Shown here one piece after another: positions 29,713 to 38,080 of a stretch of 64,000 bases of DNA; the first letter of the stretch is position 1; each line of letters begins with the position of its first letter. The notes under the pieces are model-generated. The model had not been told where the DNA came from and did not search any database. It saw only the letters and a program-made list of their open reading frames with translations. This stretch comes from Angustibacter luteus. Lineage in GTDB: Bacteria > Actinomycetota > Actinomycetes > Actinomycetales > Angustibacteraceae. Location: NCBI RefSeq assembly GCF_039541115.1, contig NZ_BAABFP010000008.1, positions 434,001-498,000 of the forward strand, given 5' to 3'. The translations under genes and the position numbers were made by a program.

Positions 29713-31559
29713 TCGCGCTCGCCCTCCGTCCCCCGACGGCGGAGCGCGAGGACCCCACCACCGACGAGCAGCAGGACGACGACCACGCCGATGCCGATCC
29801 AGACCGCCGTGTTGGTCCCCGCGGCGTCCTCCTCACCCGACGACGCGTTGGCGCCCAGCGCGGACGTCACCCCGTCGCAGTCCCCGGCCTCGGACGCCGG
29901 TCGCAGCGAGCTGTAGTTGTGCGCGCCGTACTGGATGAGCCAGACGCCGCCCGGGTCGGGCTGCGGCTGGAAGCAGGCGAACCGGTCGCTGCGGACCGCC
30001 TCGCCGATGGTCGTGTAGGCGGTCACGATGTACGGCGACTCCTGGAACAGCAGCTCCTGCATCTTCTTGACGAGGTCCACCCGCTTGGCGTGGTCCATCT
30101 CGCCGTTCTGCTGCTTGTACATCGCGTCGTACTCCTTGTTGCAGTACCAGGAGTCCGAGGAGCCGCCGAGCTGGTCGCAGGTGAAGTCGGACAGGATCGA
30201 GTCCGGGTCCGGCTCGACGTACCAGTCCCACTGGAAGGCGTCGTACTCGCCGCTGAGGATGACGTCCCCGAGCTTGCTGGAGTCCATCGCGGTGACGTCG
30301 GCCTTGATGCCGATCTGGCCGAGCCACTCCTTGAAGAAGTCCATGGTGTTCACGGAGGCCGGGTCGGAGCTGCGGGCGAACAGCCGCATCGTCGTCAGCG
30401 GCTTGCCCTGCGGGTCGGTGCGCTGGCCGTCCGCGCCCTTCTTGTAGCCGGCCGCGTCGAGCTGCTCGCCGGCCTTGGCGAGGTCGAAGGTGAACGCCTG
30501 GTCCGCCGGGACGTCCCAGTGGTAGTTGTCGTACGCCGTCGGGATGATCGTGTCGCCCGGCAGCGCGGCGCCCTGGTAGGCGTTCTGCACGATGCGCTTG
30601 GTGTCCACCGCGTAGCCCAGCGCGTGCCGGAACTTCGGGTCCTTCAGCGCGGGCATGCCGTCACCGATCGCCTTGCCGGACTCGGTGTCGATGGCCCCGG
30701 TGTTGAAGCCGATCTCCTCGAACAGGGGCGAGATGCCGCTGTGCGCCGTGATGCCGGGCTTGCCCTGCAACGACTTGACCTGCAGCGGCGGGATGTCCTC
30801 GACGAAGTCCACCTCGCCCTTGATCAGCGCCTGCACCGCTGGGTCCTTGGCCTTGAACACCCGGTAGTCGACCTCGTCGACGTGCGGGGTGCCGTTCCAG
30901 TAGTCCGGGTTCTTCTCGAACCGGAACGTCGAGCCGCCGGCCGTGCCCTCGACCAGCCGGAACGGCCCGGAGCCCACCACCGGCTGGCCCGGCTTCGGCT
31001 CGGCCGGGTAGGTCTTCACGGCCTTCTCGGACACGCTCTTCCAGATGTGCTCCGGCACGATCGGGATCGGCAGCAGTGGCAGGACGGCGTTGGGCTGGCT
31101 CAGCTTCAGCACCACGGTCTGGGCGTCCGGTGCGGTCGCCGAGGTGACCGAGCCGAGGTAGGTGGCCCAGTTCGTCGACTCGGTCTCGCCCTTCAGCACC
31201 CGGGTGTAGGTGTAGGCGACGTCCGCGGCGGTCAGCGGCTGGCCGTCCGACCACTTCACGCCGTCCCGCACGTGGAAGGTCCAGGTCAGGCCGTCCGCCG
31301 AGGTCTCCCAGGACTTCGCGAGGCCCGGTTCGGGTGACATGTCCTTCATCGAGTAGTTGACCAGGTAGTCGTAGGTCAGCGCCCACATCTCGTACGAGTT
31401 CGCCTCGACCCCGAGGAACGGGTTGAACGAGTCGACGTCGCCGGTCAGCGCCACGGTGAAGGTCGACTTGGCCGGCGTCGTCGCCCCCGAAGCCGGTTGC
31501 AGCGCAGCCGGAACCAGCGACGCGCCCGCGACCAGGGCCAGCACGGCGGCCAGCCGCAC
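29709..31559 (-). CDS. Peptide ABC transporter substrate-binding protein (family 5) with C-terminal TM anchor; alternative start ATG at 31736
   Basis: PGLAKSWETSADGLTWTFHVRDGVKWSDG, GSGPF; signal peptide VRLAAVLALVAG...ASGA; the 1316-aa track ORF is mostly antisense shadow; start uncertain. Confidence 0.85.
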   Translation of the reverse strand: MRLAAVLALVAGASLVPAALQPASGATTPAKSTFTVALTGDVDSFNPFLGVEANSYEMWALTYDYLVNYSMKDMSPEPGLAKSWETSADGLTWTFHVRDGVKWSDGQPLTAADVAYTYTRVLKGETESTNWATYLGSVTSATAPDAQTVVLKLSQPNAVLPLLPIPIVPEHIWKSVSEKAVKTYPAEPKPGQPVVGSGPFRLVEGTAGGSTFRFEKNPDYWNGTPHVDEVDYRVFKAKDPAVQALIKGEVDFVEDIPPLQVKSLQGKPGITAHSGISPLFEEIGFNTGAIDTESGKAIGDGMPALKDPKFRHALGYAVDTKRIVQNAYQGAALPGDTIIPTAYDNYHWDVPADQAFTFDLAKAGEQLDAAGYKKGADGQRTDPQGKPLTTMRLFARSSDPASVNTMDFFKEWLGQIGIKADVTAMDSSKLGDVILSGEYDAFQWDWYVEPDPDSILSDFTCDQLGGSSDSWYCNKEYDAMYKQQNGEMDHAKRVDLVKKMQELLFQESPYIVTAYTTIGEAVRSDRFACFQPQPDPGGVWLIQYGAHNYSSLRPASEAGDCDGVTSALGANASSGEEDAAGTNTAVWIGIGVVVVLLLVGGGVLALRRRGTEGERE

Positions 31560-31577
31560 GGGGGTACGGTGCGCGCT

Positions 31578-33743
31578 GTGACGACTCCCCCGCAGGCTCG
31601 CCAGCAGCCGCACGAGCACACCGAGCACGGCGTTCGCCGCCCGGACCCGTACCACTGGATGCGCAGGCTGGACGCCCCCGACCTGCTCGCCCACCTCGAG
31701 GCCGAGCGCGACTGGTACCGATCGGCTACCGGACATCTGGTCTCCCTCGTGGAGGCGTTGCGTTCGGAGATGCTGGAGCGGGTCCCTGCTACTGACCCAT
31801 CGGTCAGTTGGAGGTATCGAGGGTCTTCCTACTACACGCTGCTCCCGGCCGGAAGGGAGTACCGGCAACTGTTGCGCGATTTCAACACCTCGGACGCAGG
31901 ATCGGTGCTGAAATCGTGGCCGAACGGCGTCGAGGCAGACGAACACGGACGCCGCAGCGAGGTGCTGCTGGACGCCAACCTGCTGGCCGACCAGGCGGGC
32001 ACCGGCTACGTGGAGCTGGGCCTGACCCTGGTCAGCCCGGACGGGCGACTGCTGGCGTACTCGGTGGACACCGACGGCGACGAGGTCTACCGGCTGCACT
32101 TCCGCGACCTGAGCACCGGCGAGGACCTGGCCGATGAGGTGCCGCGCTCGTACTACGGCGGCGCGTGGAGCGCCGACTCGAACGCCTTCCTCTACACCGT
32201 GCACGACGAGGCGTACCGGCCGTACGAGGTGCGCCGGCACGTGATCGGCACGCCGACCGAGCAGGACACGGTCGTCCAGGCCGAGCCGGACCAACGCTTC
32301 GAGATCAACGTGCGGACCAGCCGCAGCGGCCGGCTCGTCGTGCTCTGGTCGGCCAGCCGGGACACCAGTGAGGTCTGGGTGCTGGACGCCGCCGCCACCG
32401 ATGCCGCCCCCCGCTCGGTCGGCGGTCGCCGTCCGGGCGTCGAGTACCACGCCGAGCACGCCGTGCTGCCCGACGGCGAGGCGCTGCTGCTGGTCACCAA
32501 CGACGCCGCGACCGAGTTCCGGCTGGCCCGGTGCCCGCTGCCGCTCGAGCACGACCAGGACCACGGCGCCTGGCTCCCGCTGGTCGACGAGAACCCGGCC
32601 GAGCGGCTCGAGCGGGTGGACGCGTTCGCCGGCCACGTCGTGCTCAGCCTGCGCACGCAGGGCGAGCACCGGCTGCGGGTGCTGCCGGTCGACGGGCTCG
32701 GCCGGGTCGACGCCCAGCCGGCCTTCGACATCCGTCCGGACTTCGCCGCGGGAACCGTCACCCTTGGCCACAACCAGGAGTTCGCGGCCGGTGCCGTCAC
32801 CGTGGTCGACCAGGCCTACACGCAGCCACCCGTCTGGTCGGACGTCGACCTGGTCACCGGGGCGCGCACGCCGCGGCACCGGCAGCAAGCTCCTGGCCAC
32901 GACCCCGACCGGTACGTGGCCGAGACGCGCACGTTCCCCGGGGAGGACGGCACCGCCGTCCCGGTGACGATCGTGCGGCACCGCGACACCCCGCTGGACG
33001 GCACCGCCCCGGCGTTGCTGTACGCCTACGGCGCCTACGAGTACTCGTTCGAGCCGGACTGGGACCCGGCCCTGCCGAGCCTGCTGGACCGCGGCGTGGT
33101 CTTCGCGCACGCGCACGTGCGCGGCGGCGGCGAGGGCGGTCGGCGCTGGTGGCTGGACGGCCGGCTCGGTCACAAGCAGCACACGTTCGACGACCACCTG
33201 GCGGTGGCCGACGGCCTGGCCGGGCTGGTGGACGGCGACCGGCTGGCCTCGCGGGGACTGAGCGCCGGCGGCCTGCTGCAGGGCGCGGTGTTCAGCCAGC
33301 GCCCCGAGCGCTGGCGGGCGGTGGTGGCCGAGGTGCCGTTCGTGGACGTCGTCACGACGATGTTCGACGCCGACGTCCCGCTGACCATCAACGAGTGGGA
33401 CGAGTGGGGCGACCCCCGGGTGAGGGAGCAGTTCGACTGGCTGCTCGCCTACTCCCCCTACGACAACCTGCCGGCCGCAGGCAACCGGCCGGACCTGCTG
33501 GTGACCGGTGCGCTGCACGACCCCCGCGTCATGGTCAGCGAGCCGGCCAAGTGGGTGGCGGCACTGCGCGAGAGCGATCCGCAGTGGTCGCCGCGCTGCC
33601 TGTTCCGCTGCGAGACCGGGGCGGGTGCGCACGCCGGCCCGTCGGGGCGGTTCGCGCACCTGGCGTACGAGGCGGAGGTCTACGCCTGGGTGCTCGATCG
33701 GCTGCGAGTTACTGACGCGCCGGTCAGTAGCCGTCTAGGCTGA
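31578..33743 (+). CDS. ptrB: Oligopeptidase B (peptidase S9A)
   Basis: DPYHWMR, YAYGAYE, HVRGGGE, GLSAGG, VPFVDV, EWDEWGDP, YSPYDN, HDPRV, GAHAG. Confidence 0.92.
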   Translation: MTTPPQARQQPHEHTEHGVRRPDPYHWMRRLDAPDLLAHLEAERDWYRSATGHLVSLVEALRSEMLERVPATDPSVSWRYRGSSYYTLLPAGREYRQLLRDFNTSDAGSVLKSWPNGVEADEHGRRSEVLLDANLLADQAGTGYVELGLTLVSPDGRLLAYSVDTDGDEVYRLHFRDLSTGEDLADEVPRSYYGGAWSADSNAFLYTVHDEAYRPYEVRRHVIGTPTEQDTVVQAEPDQRFEINVRTSRSGRLVVLWSASRDTSEVWVLDAAATDAAPRSVGGRRPGVEYHAEHAVLPDGEALLLVTNDAATEFRLARCPLPLEHDQDHGAWLPLVDENPAERLERVDAFAGHVVLSLRTQGEHRLRVLPVDGLGRVDAQPAFDIRPDFAAGTVTLGHNQEFAAGAVTVVDQAYTQPPVWSDVDLVTGARTPRHRQQAPGHDPDRYVAETRTFPGEDGTAVPVTIVRHRDTPLDGTAPALLYAYGAYEYSFEPDWDPALPSLLDRGVVFAHAHVRGGGEGGRRWWLDGRLGHKQHTFDDHLAVADGLAGLVDGDRLASRGLSAGGLLQGAVFSQRPERWRAVVAEVPFVDVVTTMFDADVPLTINEWDEWGDPRVREQFDWLLAYSPYDNLPAAGNRPDLLVTGALHDPRVMVSEPAKWVAALRESDPQWSPRCLFRCETGAGAHAGPSGRFAHLAYEAEVYAWVLDRLRVTDAPVSSRLG
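31790..31809. promoter_or_regulatory. Putative TetR operator 3 (inside ptrB, upstream of the ABC operon on the minus strand)
   Basis: TACTGACCCATCGGTCAGTT. Confidence 0.75.
33710..33741 (+). promoter_or_regulatory. Putative TetR operator 4 and leaderless promoter
   Basis: TACTGACGCGCCGGTCAGTA (33710-33729); TAGGCT (33736-41) 6 nt before GTG 33748. Confidence 0.8.
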
Positions 33744-33747
33744 CCCG

Positions 33748-34965
33748 GTGATCCGGACCACGCCGTTCCATCCGCGGCTCAGCGAGCTGAACACGCAGGG
33801 CCTGTACACCCACTGGCAGGGATACCTGTCCGCGCTGCGCTACTCGCACGCGCCCAAGCACGAGTACTTCGCGGTGCGCAACGGCGTGGGTCTGTTCGAC
33901 ACGTCGCCGCTGTTCAAGTACCGCGTCTACGGACCGGACGCCGAACGGTTCCTGGCCGGCGTCCTGGTGCGCGACATCCGCACCTGTCGCCCCGGGCGCG
34001 CGCAGTACACCCTGTGGTGCGACGAGCGTGGTTTCGTGATGGACGACGGCGTCGTCTTCCGGCACTCCGACGACGACTTCCTGCTCACCACCGCGCGCGC
34101 CAGCCTGGGCTGGTTCCAGGACCTCGCCGGGCGGATGCAGGTCGCGTTCGAGGACGTCTCCGACGCGTACGGCGTGCTGGCCATCCAGGGGCCGCGCTCG
34201 CGCGCCGCCCTGCGCGACCTGCTGCCCGCGGTCGACGAGCTGCCGTTCATGGGCCACGCACCGGGCAAGGTCGGCTCGGCCCCGGTCACCGTGTCCCGCA
34301 CCGGGTACACCGGCGACCTCGGCTTCGAGATCACCGTGGACTCGGGCGACGCCCTCGAGGTGCTGGACGCGGTGCTGGACGCCGGTCGCGCGCACAGCCT
34401 GCGTCCCTACGGCGAGGAGGCCATGGGGATGCTGCGGATCGAGGCCGGGCTGCCGCTGGTCGACGTCGAGTGGCACAACAGCCGGCTCGCGTTCACCGAC
34501 CACGAGCGGGTCACCCCGACCGAGCTCGGCATGGGCTGGATGCTGCGCGGTCTCCTGGACGACGACCGCGCCTTCGTCGGCGGCGCCGCGATCCGCGGCG
34601 AGCTGCGCGAGCGCTCGTCGCGCTGGGCCGCCGTCTCGATCGTCGTCGACTGGCAGGAGTGGGACCGGCTGTTCCGGGACGCCGGGCTGCTGCCCACCAA
34701 GGACGAGAACCCGCTGCCCTACGAGTCGATGCTGTACGACGAGGACGGAGCCCAGGTCGGCTACGTCACGAGCTTCATGTACTCGCCGGTCCTGCAGCGC
34801 CACATCGGGCTGGCCCGGGTCCGGCCGGCGCTGGCCCCCACCGCCGACGGCCTCGGCCCGGTGGTCCGGATGGAGCTCGCCATCCAGCACCACAACACCA
34901 CCGTGGCCGCACGCACGGCCCGGTACGCCCTGTTCAACCCCGCGAGGAAGACGGCCAAGCCATGA
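33748..34965 (+). CDS. GcvT-like folate-binding aminomethyltransferase family protein
   Basis: EYFAVRNGVGLFDTS, MDDG, LAIQGPRS, SRTGYTGDLGFEI, LRIEAG. Confidence 0.9.
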   Translation: MIRTTPFHPRLSELNTQGLYTHWQGYLSALRYSHAPKHEYFAVRNGVGLFDTSPLFKYRVYGPDAERFLAGVLVRDIRTCRPGRAQYTLWCDERGFVMDDGVVFRHSDDDFLLTTARASLGWFQDLAGRMQVAFEDVSDAYGVLAIQGPRSRAALRDLLPAVDELPFMGHAPGKVGSAPVTVSRTGYTGDLGFEITVDSGDALEVLDAVLDAGRAHSLRPYGEEAMGMLRIEAGLPLVDVEWHNSRLAFTDHERVTPTELGMGWMLRGLLDDDRAFVGGAAIRGELRERSSRWAAVSIVVDWQEWDRLFRDAGLLPTKDENPLPYESMLYDEDGAQVGYVTSFMYSPVLQRHIGLARVRPALAPTADGLGPVVRMELAIQHHNTTVAARTARYALFNPARKTAKP

Positions 34966-36554
34966 CGACCGACAGCTCGACGTACGACGCGATCGTGGTC
35001 GGCGGCGGCCACAACGGCCTGGTGAACGCGGGCTACCTCGCCAAGGCGGGGCTGCGCACGCTGGTGCTGGAGAAGCGCCACCTGGTCGGCGGCGCGGCGA
35101 TCACGGAGGAGCTCGTACCGGGCTTCTCGTTCACCACGTTCTCCTACGCGCTCAGCCTGCTGCGACCCGAGATCATCCAGGAGCTCGACCTCGTCCAGCA
35201 CGGCTTCATGCCGCTGATGATGCCGTCGTCCTTCCACCCCACCGGGGACGGCGACTACCTGCTGTTCGGCGACGACCACGGCCAGAACATCCAGGAGATC
35301 CGCCGGCACTCCCCGCACGACGCGGACGCCTACGACCGGTACCACCACGACCTCGACCGGGTCGTCCAGGCCGTGCGGCCGCTGTTCGACAACCCGCCGC
35401 CGAACGTGTTCGGCAAGGACCCCGAGGACCAGGCCGACGTCGCCTGGCTCCTCGACCACCTCGGCGGCATCGAGCAGAAGGTCATGCACGACGTCGTCCG
35501 GCTCGTCACCGGCAGCGCCGCGGACTGGCTGGAGAACTACTTCACCCACGAGGCCGTGAAGGGATACCACGCGTCGTCCAGCGTGATCGGCTCGAAGGTC
35601 GGGCCGATGTCACCCGGGTCCGGGCTGGTCCTGCTGTTCCACAAGATGGGCGAGCACGACGGCAGCCTCGGGTCCTGGGCCTTCCACAAGGGCGGCAACG
35701 GCGGCTTCACCCAGGTGCTGGCCCGGGCCGCCGAGTCCTTCGGGGCCGAGATCCGTTTGGGCGCACCGGTCACGGCCGTGCTGACCCACGAGGGCCGCAC
35801 CGTCGGCGTCGCCCTCGAGGACGGCACCGAGCTGCGCGCCCCGATCGTGGTCAGCGCGCTCGACCCGCGCCGCACGTTCCTCGACCTGGTGAACCCGCGC
35901 GAGCTGCCCGCGGACCTGGTGGAGAACGTCGAGCGGATGAAGTTCCGCGGCGTCTCGGCCAAGGTCAACTTCGCGCTCGACGGGCTGCCGGTCTTCCCGG
36001 CGCTGCCCGACTCGGTCGACCAGTACGGCGGCTTCCTGAACATCGGGCCGACCATCGAGTACGTCGAGAAGGCCTTCGACGCCGCCAAGTACGGCTGGTA
36101 CAGCGAGCGGCCCTACATCGACGCCGCGATCCAGTCCGTCGTCGACCCGGACATGGCACCGCCCGGCAAGCACGTCATGTCGTGCTTCGTGCAGTACGCG
36201 CCCTACGAGCTCAAGGGCAGCGACTGGGACACCGAGCGGGAGAGCTTCGGCGACAAGGCGCAGGCGGTGCTCGAGTCGCACTTCCCCGGCTTCGGCGACC
36301 TGGTGCTGCACCGCGAGGTCGTCACCCCGCTGGACATCGAGCGGGTCACCGGCCTGACCGAGGGCAACATCTTCGCCGGCGAGTTCCTGGCGCCGCAGAT
36401 GTACTTCTTCCGTCCCGCGCCGGGCTGGAGCCAGTACCGCACGCCCATCGAGGGCTACTACCAGTGCGGGTCCGGCACCCACCCCGGCGGCTGCGTGATC
36501 GGCGCTCCCGGAAAGCTGGCCAGCCAGCGGATCCTGCGCGACCTGCGCGGCTAG
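34962..36554 (+). CDS. FAD-dependent oxidoreductase, phytoene-desaturase-like (PYROXD2-type)
   Basis: YDAIVVGGGHNGLV...VGGAAITEELVPGF...SYALSLLRP; APPGKHVMS; YRTPIEGYYQCGSGTHPGG. Confidence 0.88.
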   Translation: MTTDSSTYDAIVVGGGHNGLVNAGYLAKAGLRTLVLEKRHLVGGAAITEELVPGFSFTTFSYALSLLRPEIIQELDLVQHGFMPLMMPSSFHPTGDGDYLLFGDDHGQNIQEIRRHSPHDADAYDRYHHDLDRVVQAVRPLFDNPPPNVFGKDPEDQADVAWLLDHLGGIEQKVMHDVVRLVTGSAADWLENYFTHEAVKGYHASSSVIGSKVGPMSPGSGLVLLFHKMGEHDGSLGSWAFHKGGNGGFTQVLARAAESFGAEIRLGAPVTAVLTHEGRTVGVALEDGTELRAPIVVSALDPRRTFLDLVNPRELPADLVENVERMKFRGVSAKVNFALDGLPVFPALPDSVDQYGGFLNIGPTIEYVEKAFDAAKYGWYSERPYIDAAIQSVVDPDMAPPGKHVMSCFVQYAPYELKGSDWDTERESFGDKAQAVLESHFPGFGDLVLHREVVTPLDIERVTGLTEGNIFAGEFLAPQMYFFRPAPGWSQYRTPIEGYYQCGSGTHPGGCVIGAPGKLASQRILRDLRG

Positions 36555-36567
36555 GTCTGCGCCACGA

Positions 36568-37233
36568 TCAGTCCGGGACGACGCGGCCAGCGGCCAGCGT
36601 GACCACCCGGTCGGCGGCGCCGATGATCCGCTCGTCGTGGGTGGCGGCCAGCACGGCGACACCGTGCCGCCGGGCGACGTCCAGCGCGGCGCCGATCAGC
36701 GCCACGTGCTCGTCGTCCTGGTGACCGGTCGGCTCGTCCAGGACGGCCAGCGCCGGTCGCAGCACCAGCGCGCGAGCCAGTGCCGTGCGCTGCTGCTCGC
36801 CCAGCGACGTCTGGGTGGCTCGTCGGTCGCGGAAGGCGGTCAGGTCCAGCGCCGCGAACAGGTCCTCGACCAGCGCGCCGTCGACCGTGTCGTCGGCTCC
36901 GCGCAGCCGGCTCGGCAGCAGCACGTTCTGCTCGACCGTCAGCTCCTCGACGAGCCCGAGCCGTTGCGGCAGCAGGGAGACGAGCGCCCAGTCGTCGACG
37001 TCGTGCGCGTCCGTGCCGCCCACCGTGATCCGGCCGGACGTCGGGCGTCCGAGGCCCGCCACCAGGTGGCACAGGGTCGTCTTGCCCGAACCCGATCGGC
37101 CGACCAGTGCCAGCACCTCACCGGCGGACAGCTGCACCGAGACGTCCTGCAGCACCCGCGCCGAGCCGCCGAGCACGTGGCCCACGTCCTCGACCACCAG
37201 CACCGGCTCGGGACCCGTCGACTCAGTCGTCAT
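36568..37233 (-). CDS. ABC transporter ATP-binding protein (LolD/MacB-like, degenerate signature)
   Basis: GRSGSGKT, TSLGEQQR, LDEPTGHQD, ATHD. Confidence 0.88.
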   Translation of the reverse strand: MTTESTGPEPVLVVEDVGHVLGGSARVLQDVSVQLSAGEVLALVGRSGSGKTTLCHLVAGLGRPTSGRITVGGTDAHDVDDWALVSLLPQRLGLVEELTVEQNVLLPSRLRGADDTVDGALVEDLFAALDLTAFRDRRATQTSLGEQQRTALARALVLRPALAVLDEPTGHQDDEHVALIGAALDVARRHGVAVLAATHDERIIGAADRVVTLAAGRVVPD

Positions 37234-38080
37234 CGGGGACCTCCGGTGGCAGCAGGTGCACGCCCTGCTCATCGACCACGATGCGCGCGCGGGCCTGCGG
37301 GAACAGCGTCATCGCCTGCGCCGGCAGCTGCACCCGCCCCGTCGAGTCGATGCTGGCGAGGGCGTCGCTGCCCCGACGGGTCTCGGTGGACAGCACCCCG
37401 TGCCGCAGGTGCAGCACCCGGTCCGCGGCGTCGACAGCCCGGTGGTCGTGGGTCGCGAACACGACGGCGGACGTCGCGGCCGCTCGGCGCAGCTCGGCCA
37501 GCACCAGCTCGGACGAGCTGTCGTCCAGCTCGGCGGTCGGCTCGTCGGCGACCACCAGCGACGGCGTCCCGATGAGTGCCATCGCGAGCGCCAGGCGCTG
37601 CTGCTCCCCGCCGGACAGCTCAGCCGGGCGGGCGTCGCGGCGGGCCGCCAGGCCGAGCCGGTCGAGCAGCTCGAGCCCGGACTCCGCTGCGGCGGAACGG
37701 ATCTGGGCGGCGTGCCGGAGGTGCTCGGCAGCCGTCAGGTGCTCGTACAGGCTGTGCGTGGGGCGCTGGGCCAGCCAGGCGACGTCCCGCCGGCGGAGCT
37801 GTCGCAGCTGGCGGCGGCCCAAGCCGTCGGTCAGCCGACCCTCGAGCCAGAGCTCGCCGCCGCTCTGCCGGTCGCGCAGGGCGAGCACGCCGAGCAGGCT
37901 GGACTTGCCGCTGCCGGAGGGTCCGGTCACGGCGGTGGCCGTGCCGCGACGGAACACCGCCTCGACGCCGCGCAGGGCGTGGGTCTCACCGGTGGCGGAC
38001 GGGTAGATCCGGACCAGCCGGGCGCAGCGCGCGACCTCCTCACTCGGCTGCAGGTCGTTCCGCATCGCGTCATTCGGCAT
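37223..38080 (-). CDS. ABC transporter ATP-binding protein with C-terminal extension
   Basis: GPSGSGKS, LSGGEQQR, ADEPTAELD, ATHD. Confidence 0.9.
   Translation of the reverse strand: MPNDAMRNDLQPSEEVARCARLVRIYPSATGETHALRGVEAVFRRGTATAVTGPSGSGKSSLLGVLALRDRQSGGELWLEGRLTDGLGRRQLRQLRRRDVAWLAQRPTHSLYEHLTAAEHLRHAAQIRSAAAESGLELLDRLGLAARRDARPAELSGGEQQRLALAMALIGTPSLVVADEPTAELDDSSSELVLAELRRAAATSAVVFATHDHRAVDAADRVLHLRHGVLSTETRRGSDALASIDSTGRVQLPAQAMTLFPQARARIVVDEQGVHLLPPEVPDDD

Noticed and set aside
31737..33659. 1316-aa ORF as a giant SBP fusion
   Set aside because: The upstream ~640 codons are antisense to ptrB and lack motifs; stop-free antisense frames are expected at this GC content
33748..34965. 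Canonical glycine cleavage gcvT
   Set aside because: No gcvH/gcvP or recognisable glycine riboswitch; sequence looks like a stand-alone paralog
34962..36554. Carotenoid desaturase crtI
   Set aside because: No crtB or crtE nearby; context is amine catabolism
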